Origin: an uncultured Lachnospiraceae bacterium
GTDB taxonomy: Bacteria > Bacillota > Clostridia > UBA1381
Assembly (NCBI GenBank): GCA_964422725.1
Contig: CAYRCC010000002.1
Span: forward strand, 28,694 to 92,693
DNA: 64,000 nt
Direction: 5' to 3'
A program made the position numbers and the translations under genes. Shown here one piece after another: positions 10,109 to 18,960 of this stretch. The notes below the pieces were generated by a model, which saw nothing but the letters and a program-made list of their open reading frames with translations, had not been told where the DNA came from and ran no database searches. Position 1 is the stretch's first letter. Each line of letters opens with the position of its first letter.

Positions 10109-10927
10109 TTAAAAACCATACTTATACTTATTCTGAATATTTCTTATATCTATCAATTCCCTTAAAAGCATTTCGAGCATATCCAGTTTCAACATACAGC
10201 TCCCGTCACATTTAGCATTATCGGGATCATTATGAACCTCCATAAACAAACCGTCAACCGCCCCCGTTGCCATCGCGGCTCTTGCTAAATACTGAACATA
10301 TTCTCTTTTTCCGCTGTTGCCGAAATTTTCACCGCCGCCGGATATCTGTACACTGTGCGTAGCATCAAAAACAACCGGATAACCAAGCTGTTTTAGTCGT
10401 ACCAACCCTGTCATATCCACTATCAGATTATTATATCCAAATGCAGTACCGCGTTCACACATCATTATGTCTTCATTCCCGTAGTACCTAAATTTGCCGG
10501 CAACCTTTCCCATTTCTTCCGGACTAAGAAATTGTGCTTTTTTTACATTAATAACTTTTCCGGTTTTGGCAGCAGCCTCTATTAAATCCGTTTGTCTGCA
10601 CAAAAACGCCGGAATCTGTATGATATCCGCAACTCCGGCAACTTCTTTCGCCTGCCATGCCTCATGAATATCGGTAGCTATACTTACGCCTATTTCCCTT
10701 TTAGCTTTTTCCAAAATACGCAAGCCTTCTTCCAGTCCCAAACCGCGATAATTCTCAGCCGAAGTTCTGTTTGCTTTATCCCATGACACTTTAAAACAAT
10801 ATTTAACACCCAGCTTGTCCGTAATTTTTTTAATATTTTCCGCCAGATACATCACATTTTCTTCTGATTCAAGCGCGCATGGACCGCCTATAAAGAAAAA
10901 CGAATCTTTTGTTAAAAACGAATTCAT
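10109..10927 (-). CDS. kdsA: 3-deoxy-8-phosphooctulonate (Kdo-8-P) synthase
   Basis: FFIGGPCALESEE...KVSWDKANRTS...YRGLGLEEGLRIL...DIHE...DIIQIPAFLCRQTDL...VNVKKAQFLSP...FDATHSVQ shows near-canonical KdsA blocks. A Cys occupies the metal-ligand position. Confidence 0.9.
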   Translation of the reverse strand: MNSFLTKDSFFFIGGPCALESEENVMYLAENIKKITDKLGVKYCFKVSWDKANRTSAENYRGLGLEEGLRILEKAKREIGVSIATDIHEAWQAKEVAGVADIIQIPAFLCRQTDLIEAAAKTGKVINVKKAQFLSPEEMGKVAGKFRYYGNEDIMMCERGTAFGYNNLIVDMTGLVRLKQLGYPVVFDATHSVQISGGGENFGNSGKREYVQYLARAAMATGAVDGLFMEVHNDPDNAKCDGSCMLKLDMLEMLLRELIDIRNIQNKYKYGF

Positions 10928-10975
10928 TGTAATATTGTCCTTTCTGAAATAAACGCATTATAAAATACTATATCT

Positions 10976-12070
10976 TTAACTGAATTTTATACAATCCAAC
11001 ATATCCCACAACCCAAATTCTACATTTTCAAAAATAACATTTTCCAGTAAAATTTTGCTGAAATATTTCTTAAATTGCTTTTCATCATCACCCGCAATTT
11101 GAGGCAAAAACGTATTATATTCTCCGGTTTTGGCATTAAAAACAATTACCTTACCGTCATATGTAGAATAAATAATTCCGCGCTCCGAATCCAACATTTT
11201 ACAACACATTACATTACAATTTATCACTGTAATTTCTCGCATTTCTTCTGTTGGTTCGGATATTAGCGTTCTGTCACATTCCAAGCAGTTTGTTTGCTTA
11301 TTTATTTTAAACAACCTGTCACCGCACAAAGGAATACAATAAATATATTCTTCATTTTGCAGTATGTTTTTAAATCCACCGCTAAATTCCGTGTTTTTTA
11401 TTACGCTAAATTCCGTACCGCCGTCCCACTTAATAACATCCGAATGTAATTTCATCGAAATCCAATAATTATCACCATCAAACACTATATCCGCAAGTCC
11501 GTCATTTTCAACAACCGGAACTGTATGTATTTTATGTTCTTTCGTGTCCATATTGAATTCTATTACAGCATTTTTCTGCCAACATGGCATCATACAAATG
11601 TTGTCGCCGCACACCTTCACATTTTCAATAGTTACCGAATCCTCATTATCAACTCCGCCCAACGATTTATACCAGTCATCTATGTACTCTGTTTCATATG
11701 TTTTCAAATCAAGCTTTACTATAGCTTTATATCTTCCCGGAAAAATATATGCACTATCCTTATAAATTCTGATATTGGAAAATAAATTAAACACATTTTC
11801 TGTTCCGCTCAAATCAATCGGAATTTTTGTACATTCTTTTGAGGACAAATCATAAATTATAATATCTCCGGCATTTCTGGGTGCTATAATAAGCTTATTA
11901 TCATAATATGCCATTGCCATATACTGCATAAACTGTTTATCCTTATCCGCTATATCAAAATAACATTCAGCCGCTATTTTTTTTGTTTTTAAATCAACTC
12001 TAAAAATAGCATTAAAAAAAATATTATAAAACCATACGTTATCTCCGTTTACAGCAACATCATAAAACAT
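10976..12070 (-). CDS. Hypothetical repeat protein, probably a 7-bladed beta-propeller
   Basis: Seven spaced repeats of a strand-turn motif: IFRVDLKTKKI, IIIYDLSSKEC, IVKLDLKTYET, VIEFNMDTKEH, VIKWDGGTEFS, LFKINKQTNCL, VIVFNAKTGEY. The start is uncertain. ATG at 12070 is the first start that does not overlap the upstream gene. Confidence 0.5.
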   Translation of the reverse strand: MFYDVAVNGDNVWFYNIFFNAIFRVDLKTKKIAAECYFDIADKDKQFMQYMAMAYYDNKLIIAPRNAGDIIIYDLSSKECTKIPIDLSGTENVFNLFSNIRIYKDSAYIFPGRYKAIVKLDLKTYETEYIDDWYKSLGGVDNEDSVTIENVKVCGDNICMMPCWQKNAVIEFNMDTKEHKIHTVPVVENDGLADIVFDGDNYWISMKLHSDVIKWDGGTEFSVIKNTEFSGGFKNILQNEEYIYCIPLCGDRLFKINKQTNCLECDRTLISEPTEEMREITVINCNVMCCKMLDSERGIIYSTYDGKVIVFNAKTGEYNTFLPQIAGDDEKQFKKYFSKILLENVIFENVEFGLWDMLDCIKFS

Positions 12071-12119
12071 CAGCTGTCTATACTTTTTAATATATTTTTC
12101 CAAAAAATCCACTTCCCAA

Positions 12120-13478
12120 TCAAAACAATTTATCAAAATCCACTCTTTCAAAAGCCTCAAGCTTACCGCCGCGTGTAGCGTTATATATTCTAAAACCGTG
12201 CCTTCTTGAATATATTTCCGCCATTTCATATGCTTTTTCCGTTTTTTTGTTAGCTAATACACTGTCAAAATTTTTAAGCACTCTTTTTTCTTGTTCCGAA
12301 TAATAATTCTTCAAAAAATGATTTCTATCGTCCGTCACATTGCCAACAGTCGAATTATCAACACCTATTAAATATATTTCACTAAATCCCATATATGCCG
12401 CAACTTGCAAGCCCACATCATAAGTCACTGTATATCCCCAACAAACCCCATTACATATATTATCCGAGAACCCGGGGTAATTAGGCCAATATTCTTGCAT
12501 CTTTAAATGAATATGATTAACATTATCATTATAATAATTATTTAGTCCGTCACAAAAAACATCGCCAATAAAAATATCCGCACTGATACTATTAATATCA
12601 TTACAACAGTTAGACAGCATACACGCATCTGTTATTGCAAAATAATTTGCTCGCCAACCGGTTTTATTATATATCTGATAGATTTTATTAAATCCAAAGC
12701 ATATTTCATTGTGCTTATGTAATGTTTCCAAATCCTCTATTCTTAAGCTGGGTCCGTTTCCTACGAGAAACACTCTTTCACCTTTATGAATATTTTTAAA
12801 CTTCTTTAGCTGCGGATAATAAAATGACTTTTCAAACTTATCCGAATCATAAATATCAATCAAATCAAACGAATGTGCTCTCTGCGCAATTCTATCACGA
12901 ATATCACTTTCAGTACGTGCCGTATTTATAATCAAACAATCTATTTCACCGTAAATATCATCTAAAGCGACACATTGAATATCAACACAAGGATTACAAT
13001 CATCATTTTCGGATATTATTCCTTTAATACAGCTTATATCTCCCGTCTGTATTGCTATTTCCGATATAAGATACTGCATGTAATTATTTGTACCATATAT
13101 AGCTATTTTCTTATATTTCTTCACCGAATTATCGCTTAAAACTTTAGTATATGATACAGTTTCTGCTTTTCCGTATAAATTATACCATGGTAATACATCA
13201 TTAATCTTCCATATATCTTCTTCTCGAAAAATGAAATATCTATAAATACCCGCACCTTTTAATTGTTCTTCCATTTCTATATGATATTTTTCTGATGTTA
13301 TAACTACTATATAGTTCTCATTGTATACAGCTTGAAATTGAGAAAAGCTGATTATGTCTTTCATTTCCAATTCATTTCCGAAACGATTGTTATCTACAAA
13401 ACATTTTACCCGCTCATATCCTAAAAACCATAGAGCCTTTTTCCCCATTTCTCCTGCACCGAATAATATATATTGCAT
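12120..13478 (-). CDS. DUF115/MptE-like (Maf- and GT42-sialyltransferase-like) putative CMP-ulosonic-acid transferase with an N-terminal Rossmann-like module
   Basis: RVFLVGNGPSLRIEDL...ICFGFN parallels the GNGPSL motif of Maf and CstII-type transferases. GLQVAAYMGFSEIYLIGVD parallels CstII AIALGYKEIYLSGID. The N-terminus reads ILFGAGEMGKKALWFLG...CFVDNN. The ATG at 13478 follows GGAGAAG. The track ORF begins at a TTG at 13511. Confidence 0.65.
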   Translation of the reverse strand: MQYILFGAGEMGKKALWFLGYERVKCFVDNNRFGNELEMKDIISFSQFQAVYNENYIVVITSEKYHIEMEEQLKGAGIYRYFIFREEDIWKINDVLPWYNLYGKAETVSYTKVLSDNSVKKYKKIAIYGTNNYMQYLISEIAIQTGDISCIKGIISENDDCNPCVDIQCVALDDIYGEIDCLIINTARTESDIRDRIAQRAHSFDLIDIYDSDKFEKSFYYPQLKKFKNIHKGERVFLVGNGPSLRIEDLETLHKHNEICFGFNKIYQIYNKTGWRANYFAITDACMLSNCCNDINSISADIFIGDVFCDGLNNYYNDNVNHIHLKMQEYWPNYPGFSDNICNGVCWGYTVTYDVGLQVAAYMGFSEIYLIGVDNSTVGNVTDDRNHFLKNYYSEQEKRVLKNFDSVLANKKTEKAYEMAEIYSRRHGFRIYNATRGGKLEAFERVDFDKLF

Positions 13479-13674
13479 TTCATCTTCTCCATATAAATTA
13501 TCAAATTTCAAACCATAACATTCGTAATTGCATTAATATCATTCCAAACCAATACGTCCACTTCTTCTAAGTCGGCGTATTTTGCTTAACTTCTTTCGGC
13601 ATAATTACCGTTTTCCACTGAAAACACCGAACGATAGTGTCTTGATGCTAATCAACCATTTACCGCAAAAATAA

Positions 13675-15051
13675 TTATTTTTCCTCAACCAGCTTTTCTA
13701 AAATCTCGTCCATAAATTCATCTTTATGATTACAATCATTCACAAGCTCAATCATATTTTTCCCCAATCCCATATTTTCAAATCCGAAAGTTTCTATTGA
13801 CCCTGTGACCGAACCTGTTTCATATAATACTATTTTTTTGCAGTCGGCATTGCAAAGCAAATCGCAGAAACCACTTCTCACTCCGACAAAATATCCTGCC
13901 GTTTCCGCAAATTCAACACAGTCCTGAATTTCTATAAACGGTGCTGCGGTATTATCAAGCGGCGGTTCGCCCGGTCCGCCGCAATTTGTACATACCGTAA
14001 ATCCCATATCTTGCAGTTTTTTAACAAAATAATTCCAATTTTCCTCTTGCAAGTCAATGCTGAAATGTCCCGCATAAGGTGAAACAAGTACTGTTTTGCC
14101 GGGTATTAAATCATACTTTTCAAATAATTCTCTGACATATTCGGTTCTTTTCGGAAAAGTCGGATATATAGGCTCCATTTTCTTTTCAAATTCAAATACG
14201 TAATCAAAAGTATCTCTAAAATTGATATTTGAATGTTCATACATTGTCACATAAAAATTACATTCACCATGATAAACTGCATTTCTAACATTAATTTTAT
14301 CTCCCATCGCTTTAAGCATAGTAAGCCAATTTATGTGTGCATCTTCAAACGTAATTAATTCGATATGCTTAAATCCTAAAGCCTCTGCCAAACGCTTAAC
14401 GGAATTTTTGGTAACCACAAGCACGCAGTCACATTCAGCCACGCTCTTTACGCCCATTTTATGCGGTAATAAACATGCGAAAATATATAAATCACCAATA
14501 CTTGTAGGGTGCATTAACCAAATAGGAATATGTCCGTATTTTTCGTCAATTTTGATATATGACTTGTATCCCTTTGAAATTAGCTTTCTGATATTTCTCC
14601 AGTTTTTACCTTGAAATATTATGCCCTGTTTTGCCTTTTTAAGTTCGTTTCTTGTATTTCTTCTGCCACCGAAAAGAACAAAAAAGTCCTTATCTTTTTT
14701 TAATCCTAAACCTGATAATTGTATTTCAAATTCTTGCCAGCAGAAATTGTTAATCACCAAAATTACAATATCCTTTTCCTCGGCAAGACTCTCTACCGAC
14801 TGTGATATTATTCCTACTCGCGAAACATTTTGTTTTTGTTCATTGTTATCGGCAATAATACTTATGCTCAATCCCAATTTTTCAATAATTTCTCTGACTT
14901 CATAAGCATTTCCCCATACTCCGACAATCGCAATCCTCTTATTTTCAAATACTTTTTTTTCTTTTAATTTTTTAATTTCAAAATATAAATTTTTAAAATA
15001 TTCTTCTCTTCCTTTAAGCCATCTAATATCAAATTTCTTGTTTTTGTTCAT
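13675..15051 (-). CDS. Putative GT9-like glycosyltransferase with an N-terminal Rossmann-like module. Paralog of 2597..3817.
   Basis: IAIVGVWGNAYEVREIIEKLG...IADNNEQKQN, then LMHPTSIGDLYIFACLL, then TVLVSPYAGH...FVGVRSGFCDLL. The domain order matches the 406-aa paralog. Confidence 0.55.
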   Translation of the reverse strand: MNKNKKFDIRWLKGREEYFKNLYFEIKKLKEKKVFENKRIAIVGVWGNAYEVREIIEKLGLSISIIADNNEQKQNVSRVGIISQSVESLAEEKDIVILVINNFCWQEFEIQLSGLGLKKDKDFFVLFGGRRNTRNELKKAKQGIIFQGKNWRNIRKLISKGYKSYIKIDEKYGHIPIWLMHPTSIGDLYIFACLLPHKMGVKSVAECDCVLVVTKNSVKRLAEALGFKHIELITFEDAHINWLTMLKAMGDKINVRNAVYHGECNFYVTMYEHSNINFRDTFDYVFEFEKKMEPIYPTFPKRTEYVRELFEKYDLIPGKTVLVSPYAGHFSIDLQEENWNYFVKKLQDMGFTVCTNCGGPGEPPLDNTAAPFIEIQDCVEFAETAGYFVGVRSGFCDLLCNADCKKIVLYETGSVTGSIETFGFENMGLGKNMIELVNDCNHKDEFMDEILEKLVEEK

Positions 15052-15491
15052 TATTTTACTTTTCCAACCTCGCCCAATAAATAATTATACACTATTTTGT
15101 CCATGGTAATATTTTTCAAGCCAACAACTTGTTCTTTGACATATTTTGCATTCCCCGACAATGATACCTTAAATGACATAATTTTCAACATAGGCGACAT
15201 TAATATATAAGCGTAACGAGTAATGCTGTCTACTTCTTCAGCAGTCAACTCAATCGTTTGATACGGCAATTTTGTATACCCGTCAAAGCTTGGCAGTTTA
15301 AAACTTGAAATAATCGTAATAAAACTATACCTTTTTTCCAATACATACATATATTTCAAAATACAGTTTATTAACTCCTCATCGTTTTCGGGAAAAATCA
15401 GCACAACCTCATTATCAACCTTTTTGATCAGACTTTCAAGCGTTTTTTTGCCTTTATTAATAATTTCAATACGCTCGTTAAATTCTTTCAT
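15051..15491 (-). CDS. Small hypothetical protein (146 aa), partner of the downstream GT9-like gene
   Basis: Its stop overlaps the start of 13675..15051 by 1 nt. It shows weak similarity to the ORF at 3821..4120. Confidence 0.5.
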   Translation of the reverse strand: MKEFNERIEIINKGKKTLESLIKKVDNEVVLIFPENDEELINCILKYMYVLEKRYSFITIISSFKLPSFDGYTKLPYQTIELTAEEVDSITRYAYILMSPMLKIMSFKVSLSGNAKYVKEQVVGLKNITMDKIVYNYLLGEVGKVK

Positions 15492-15511
15492 TCAAAATTC
15501 CTCTTTCTCAT

Positions 15512-16093
15512 TTATCCTTTCAAAACTTCACCGATATGACCACCCGGGTGATTTCTCTTAAACTGACCAATCTCCAATTTCATCTTATTTGCAACCATCA
15601 TCGCCAGACCCTGCAGCACAATCAAATTCATCGTGGTTGAATTATTCGGCATAATGTTCCACAAATCCCCCTCGTGAATTAAATCTATAACCAAGCTGTT
15701 AGGTATCTCTCTTGCCAGCGTGCTTTCTTTTTCAAATGTCAAAAGCCACATATCAACATTTCTTTCTTTAAGCAGCCGCGCAAGATACACCGACTCTGAT
15801 GTTTCTCCGCTCTTGGTCAGAATTATTACCATATCACCGTCCTTGACAAGACCCATATCGCCGTGTACCGCCGAATTGGTATGCAGAAAATACGCATCAA
15901 GTCCCATAGACACCATAGAACCCACAAATTTATCACAAATCGGAACGTTTTTTCCCAATCCCGAAACTATTATTTTATGCCCCGATTTAATAGTTGCCAC
16001 TGCGTGTTCTACCATTTTTTCAAAAATATCTTCATCAACCGAATTTAACGAATGTGTTATTTCAGCCAACTGTTTTTCAAAATAACTTATCAT
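15512..16093 (-). CDS. SIS-domain sugar-phosphate isomerase, KpsF/GutQ type (arabinose-5-phosphate isomerase-like), lacking CBS domains
   Basis: IIVSGLGKNVPICDKFVGSMVSMGL...NSAVHGDMGLVKDGDMVIILTKSGETSE matches the KpsF pattern G-x-GKS...HGDLG...SxSGE. Confidence 0.75.
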   Translation of the reverse strand: MISYFEKQLAEITHSLNSVDEDIFEKMVEHAVATIKSGHKIIVSGLGKNVPICDKFVGSMVSMGLDAYFLHTNSAVHGDMGLVKDGDMVIILTKSGETSESVYLARLLKERNVDMWLLTFEKESTLAREIPNSLVIDLIHEGDLWNIMPNNSTTMNLIVLQGLAMMVANKMKLEIGQFKRNHPGGHIGEVLKG

Positions 16094-17595
16094 AGTACTT
16101 CCTCCAAATAATATAATCCATTATAAAATGCACCGCATATGCTGTCATAGTCCTGCCAAGCATATGTGGTAAGCGACAGCCATATTACGGCATGCAGCAG
16201 TTTTATTTCATTTGCATCTGTATCGGTCAACTCAAAAAAGTCTTTCTCCATATCTTCCCAATTATTTGACTCAATTTGGATATCTGCGCCGTTATCGGTT
16301 ATTTCCAATCGAAACTTTTTCAAATTGAACCTGTCATAATTTCCCACTACCGAGTAATAAAGCTTTGCCCAATCGTATCTTTCATCGCCGTACAATTCGG
16401 TAAAGCCAAAATATCCCCTCGGGTCTATCAATACAGGGTCACCGTTTTTTCTTATCATCAAATTTGAAAATGTACAATCACCATGTATAAAGCTGAAGCT
16501 TTCGCATTTTAACTGTTCAAGTTTTTTCTCCAATTCAGATTTGTAATAAAAAACATTTCTGCACTTTCTGCCGTTCACCGTAACATACCGGTCGTTTGCA
16601 AACGGCACCAAATCCCTTATTTTCGACAGTCTGTCCATGGTTTTGTTAAAATATGCCTCGTGCATACTAAACGTGTCCGCCGGAACGCTTTCCGAAGAGT
16701 GCAACAGCTTTAGTGCGTCAACTAATTTTCTTAAAACACCTTTTTTGGTTTCATAGTCAAGCTGACATTCATATATATTCTCGCCCTTAATATACTCCAT
16801 TTTCAATGGATTTGTATCGTATATCTTCGGCAATATACCTATATTTAGTTCCCTTGCCTTTTCATACCATACACACTCACGTTTTGCAAGTGTTCTGCCC
16901 TGCGAATCCACAGGCTCTTTTATGAGTACATCTCCGTCAACGGTTATTCGGTTAAACGGCCGACACTTTTGTGTTGTCAGCTTTTCATATTCCTCAATAA
17001 GTCCAAACTCTCTTGTACCGGCAAGCGAAATCGCCTTGTACTTCATACCTTGCTGCTGCATCCAGCGCACAAGTTCACCGCTTTGCGGTACATCTGCAAT
17101 TTTGCTTTTATCGGAAAACAGGAAAAATCCGGCAACACCATGTTTGCACGATTTTTCCTCAACAAACTCGCCGTCGTAATAGCTCCATCTGCAAGGAAAT
17201 GTAGTCGATATTCCTATGTAATCGTTTTCTGCGCTGTATTCTCCGTCATACTCATTCGGCAGTTTAAAGTCAGCCGGAAGTATTAAGTCTGACCACACAA
17301 GCATAAACGATTTATTCTCCGGAATCAAATCTATCGCTTGCTTTACTCCCGAACAAGTTCCCGTTCCGTCCGCATCCACTACCTGATACTTGACATCAGC
17401 AAAACAACTTAAATATTCACGCAAAACTTCCTTTTTATAATCAGCTATTATTACAAATTTTTTGTCAGAATACTTCCTGAACAAATGAAATATCATAGGC
17501 AAATTTTCTATCGGTACAAGTGCCTTGGGTTTATTCTTGGTTAAATAGCCCAATCTTGTCCCTTTACCGCCCGCCTGCACCACTATATAATCCAT
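16090..17595 (-). CDS. Fusion protein: N-terminal sugar-phosphate nucleotidyltransferase and C-terminal APH/choline-kinase-like phosphotransferase
   Basis: IVVQAGGKGTRLGYLTKNKPKALVPI is the NTP-transferase G-loop. FIHGDCTFSNLMIRKNGDPVLIDPRG is the kinase catalytic loop (HxDxxxxN...D). Confidence 0.7.
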   Translation of the reverse strand: MDYIVVQAGGKGTRLGYLTKNKPKALVPIENLPMIFHLFRKYSDKKFVIIADYKKEVLREYLSCFADVKYQVVDADGTGTCSGVKQAIDLIPENKSFMLVWSDLILPADFKLPNEYDGEYSAENDYIGISTTFPCRWSYYDGEFVEEKSCKHGVAGFFLFSDKSKIADVPQSGELVRWMQQQGMKYKAISLAGTREFGLIEEYEKLTTQKCRPFNRITVDGDVLIKEPVDSQGRTLAKRECVWYEKARELNIGILPKIYDTNPLKMEYIKGENIYECQLDYETKKGVLRKLVDALKLLHSSESVPADTFSMHEAYFNKTMDRLSKIRDLVPFANDRYVTVNGRKCRNVFYYKSELEKKLEQLKCESFSFIHGDCTFSNLMIRKNGDPVLIDPRGYFGFTELYGDERYDWAKLYYSVVGNYDRFNLKKFRLEITDNGADIQIESNNWEDMEKDFFELTDTDANEIKLLHAVIWLSLTTYAWQDYDSICGAFYNGLYYLEEVL

Positions 17596-17600
17596 ATTTG

Positions 17601-18935
17601 TTACTCTCCCTCAATCATTTCAATGTTTTGTATCATAATCGGTTTGCCTGTATGCTTGTACAGCTCCATAACACTGCTCCAATCGCCGTAATACACATCG
17701 CTCAGCGTTATAGCTCTGTACAGCTCTGCCGTATCATCAAAAATGCCTGTTTTATCTTTTTTATATTCTTCAACAATATTTCTGTATTCCTCAAGCAGTG
17801 CCGGCCGCATAGACTCCAGCGTACTATCCAGCAACGGATGCGGACGCCACAGCAAAACCACGTCTTTATCCTTTTTAAATACCGAAATAACATTTTTGAT
17901 TTTTCTTATTACATCTTCTGTATTTCTAAGCATCGCAACTACCGTTGTATTATACAATATTACTTTTTTTCTGCTGCCGTCCGCTCTGACTATCAAACTG
18001 TCCCACTCCGACGGTATTTCAAAATCCTCAAGTTTTGAATTTTTCACCTTATCAAATTTCGGACTTCCGAGTGCTAAAAACTTTTTCTCAACATCACCAA
18101 ACATACCGCGGCAATTATTTTTATTTTCAAATTTGCGAAATTCACTTATATATTTCTTTCGCACTTTTTCAGACTGTACAATAACCTTATCTGCATACAT
18201 TGTCCCCGGAAGAACGCAAAAATGCTCCTCCAACTCATCGTTAATCGCAACAAAATACGGAATATATATCAATTCATCAGTATATTTTTTCAGTTCACTC
18301 GCGTAAAATTTGGGGTGAATGCTTGTAACATAATTTTGGTCATCATAAGGATTATGTATGTAAATTATGTCAGGCCGTCTTTCTTCTATATTGTATTCTT
18401 TCCATGACACTATCGGCACATCAGGCGGATACTCGTATCCTTCATAGTGCATTCTGAGCGGTTTACCGTCAGATCCTCGGTCAAAGTACGGTATCGGAAC
18501 AACATATGCATCGCAATTTTCATCTTCATTTGCTTTTTTCCACACACTTTCAAGGCTGTCCCACATAGAGGCTTTATACGGCAAAAACACAACTTCAAGC
18601 CGAGCTTTGATATCATTTTTAATGCTGTTTTCAGCCTGTATCATTTTTGAGTTCAAATTTTTATACGCCTTATCTGCCGTCATTCCCGTATCAATACCTT
18701 GATATACCGAAAAAATCTCATCACAGTACTCCTCCAAACAGTGTACCGGCAAACAATTCTCACCCTCAAATTCCTCTATCATACCACCCATTTGCACTGC
18801 CGTATTCTGACATTCCGCAAGCATTGCACGCGCATTTTCAAATTCACTCTTTTTTATATGTCTTTTTATTGTATCATGCGCTTTATATAATGTACTGACT
18901 ATTTCCAATAAGCTTTGTTTCTGCGCTTTTCTCAT
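17601..18935 (-). CDS. CDP-glycerol/ribitol glycerophosphotransferase-like (TagB/TagF family) protein
   Basis: The C-terminal half (KVILYNTT...VVLLWRPHPLL...GDWSSVMELYKHTGKPIMI) parallels TagF motifs (ILYAPT, KPHP, DYSS...PII). Confidence 0.6.
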   Translation of the reverse strand: MRKAQKQSLLEIVSTLYKAHDTIKRHIKKSEFENARAMLAECQNTAVQMGGMIEEFEGENCLPVHCLEEYCDEIFSVYQGIDTGMTADKAYKNLNSKMIQAENSIKNDIKARLEVVFLPYKASMWDSLESVWKKANEDENCDAYVVPIPYFDRGSDGKPLRMHYEGYEYPPDVPIVSWKEYNIEERRPDIIYIHNPYDDQNYVTSIHPKFYASELKKYTDELIYIPYFVAINDELEEHFCVLPGTMYADKVIVQSEKVRKKYISEFRKFENKNNCRGMFGDVEKKFLALGSPKFDKVKNSKLEDFEIPSEWDSLIVRADGSRKKVILYNTTVVAMLRNTEDVIRKIKNVISVFKKDKDVVLLWRPHPLLDSTLESMRPALLEEYRNIVEEYKKDKTGIFDDTAELYRAITLSDVYYGDWSSVMELYKHTGKPIMIQNIEMIEGE

Positions 18936-18960
18936 ACCACATTCCTCTACTTACTTATGA

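Noticed and set aside
12070-12229. 110-nt overlap between ORFs 10976..12229 and 12120..13511, considered as a possible frameshifted fusion
   Set aside because: The two ORFs encode unrelated domains and each is complete. The overlap disappears when the downstream gene starts at the internal ATG at 12070. There is no homopolymer at the junction.
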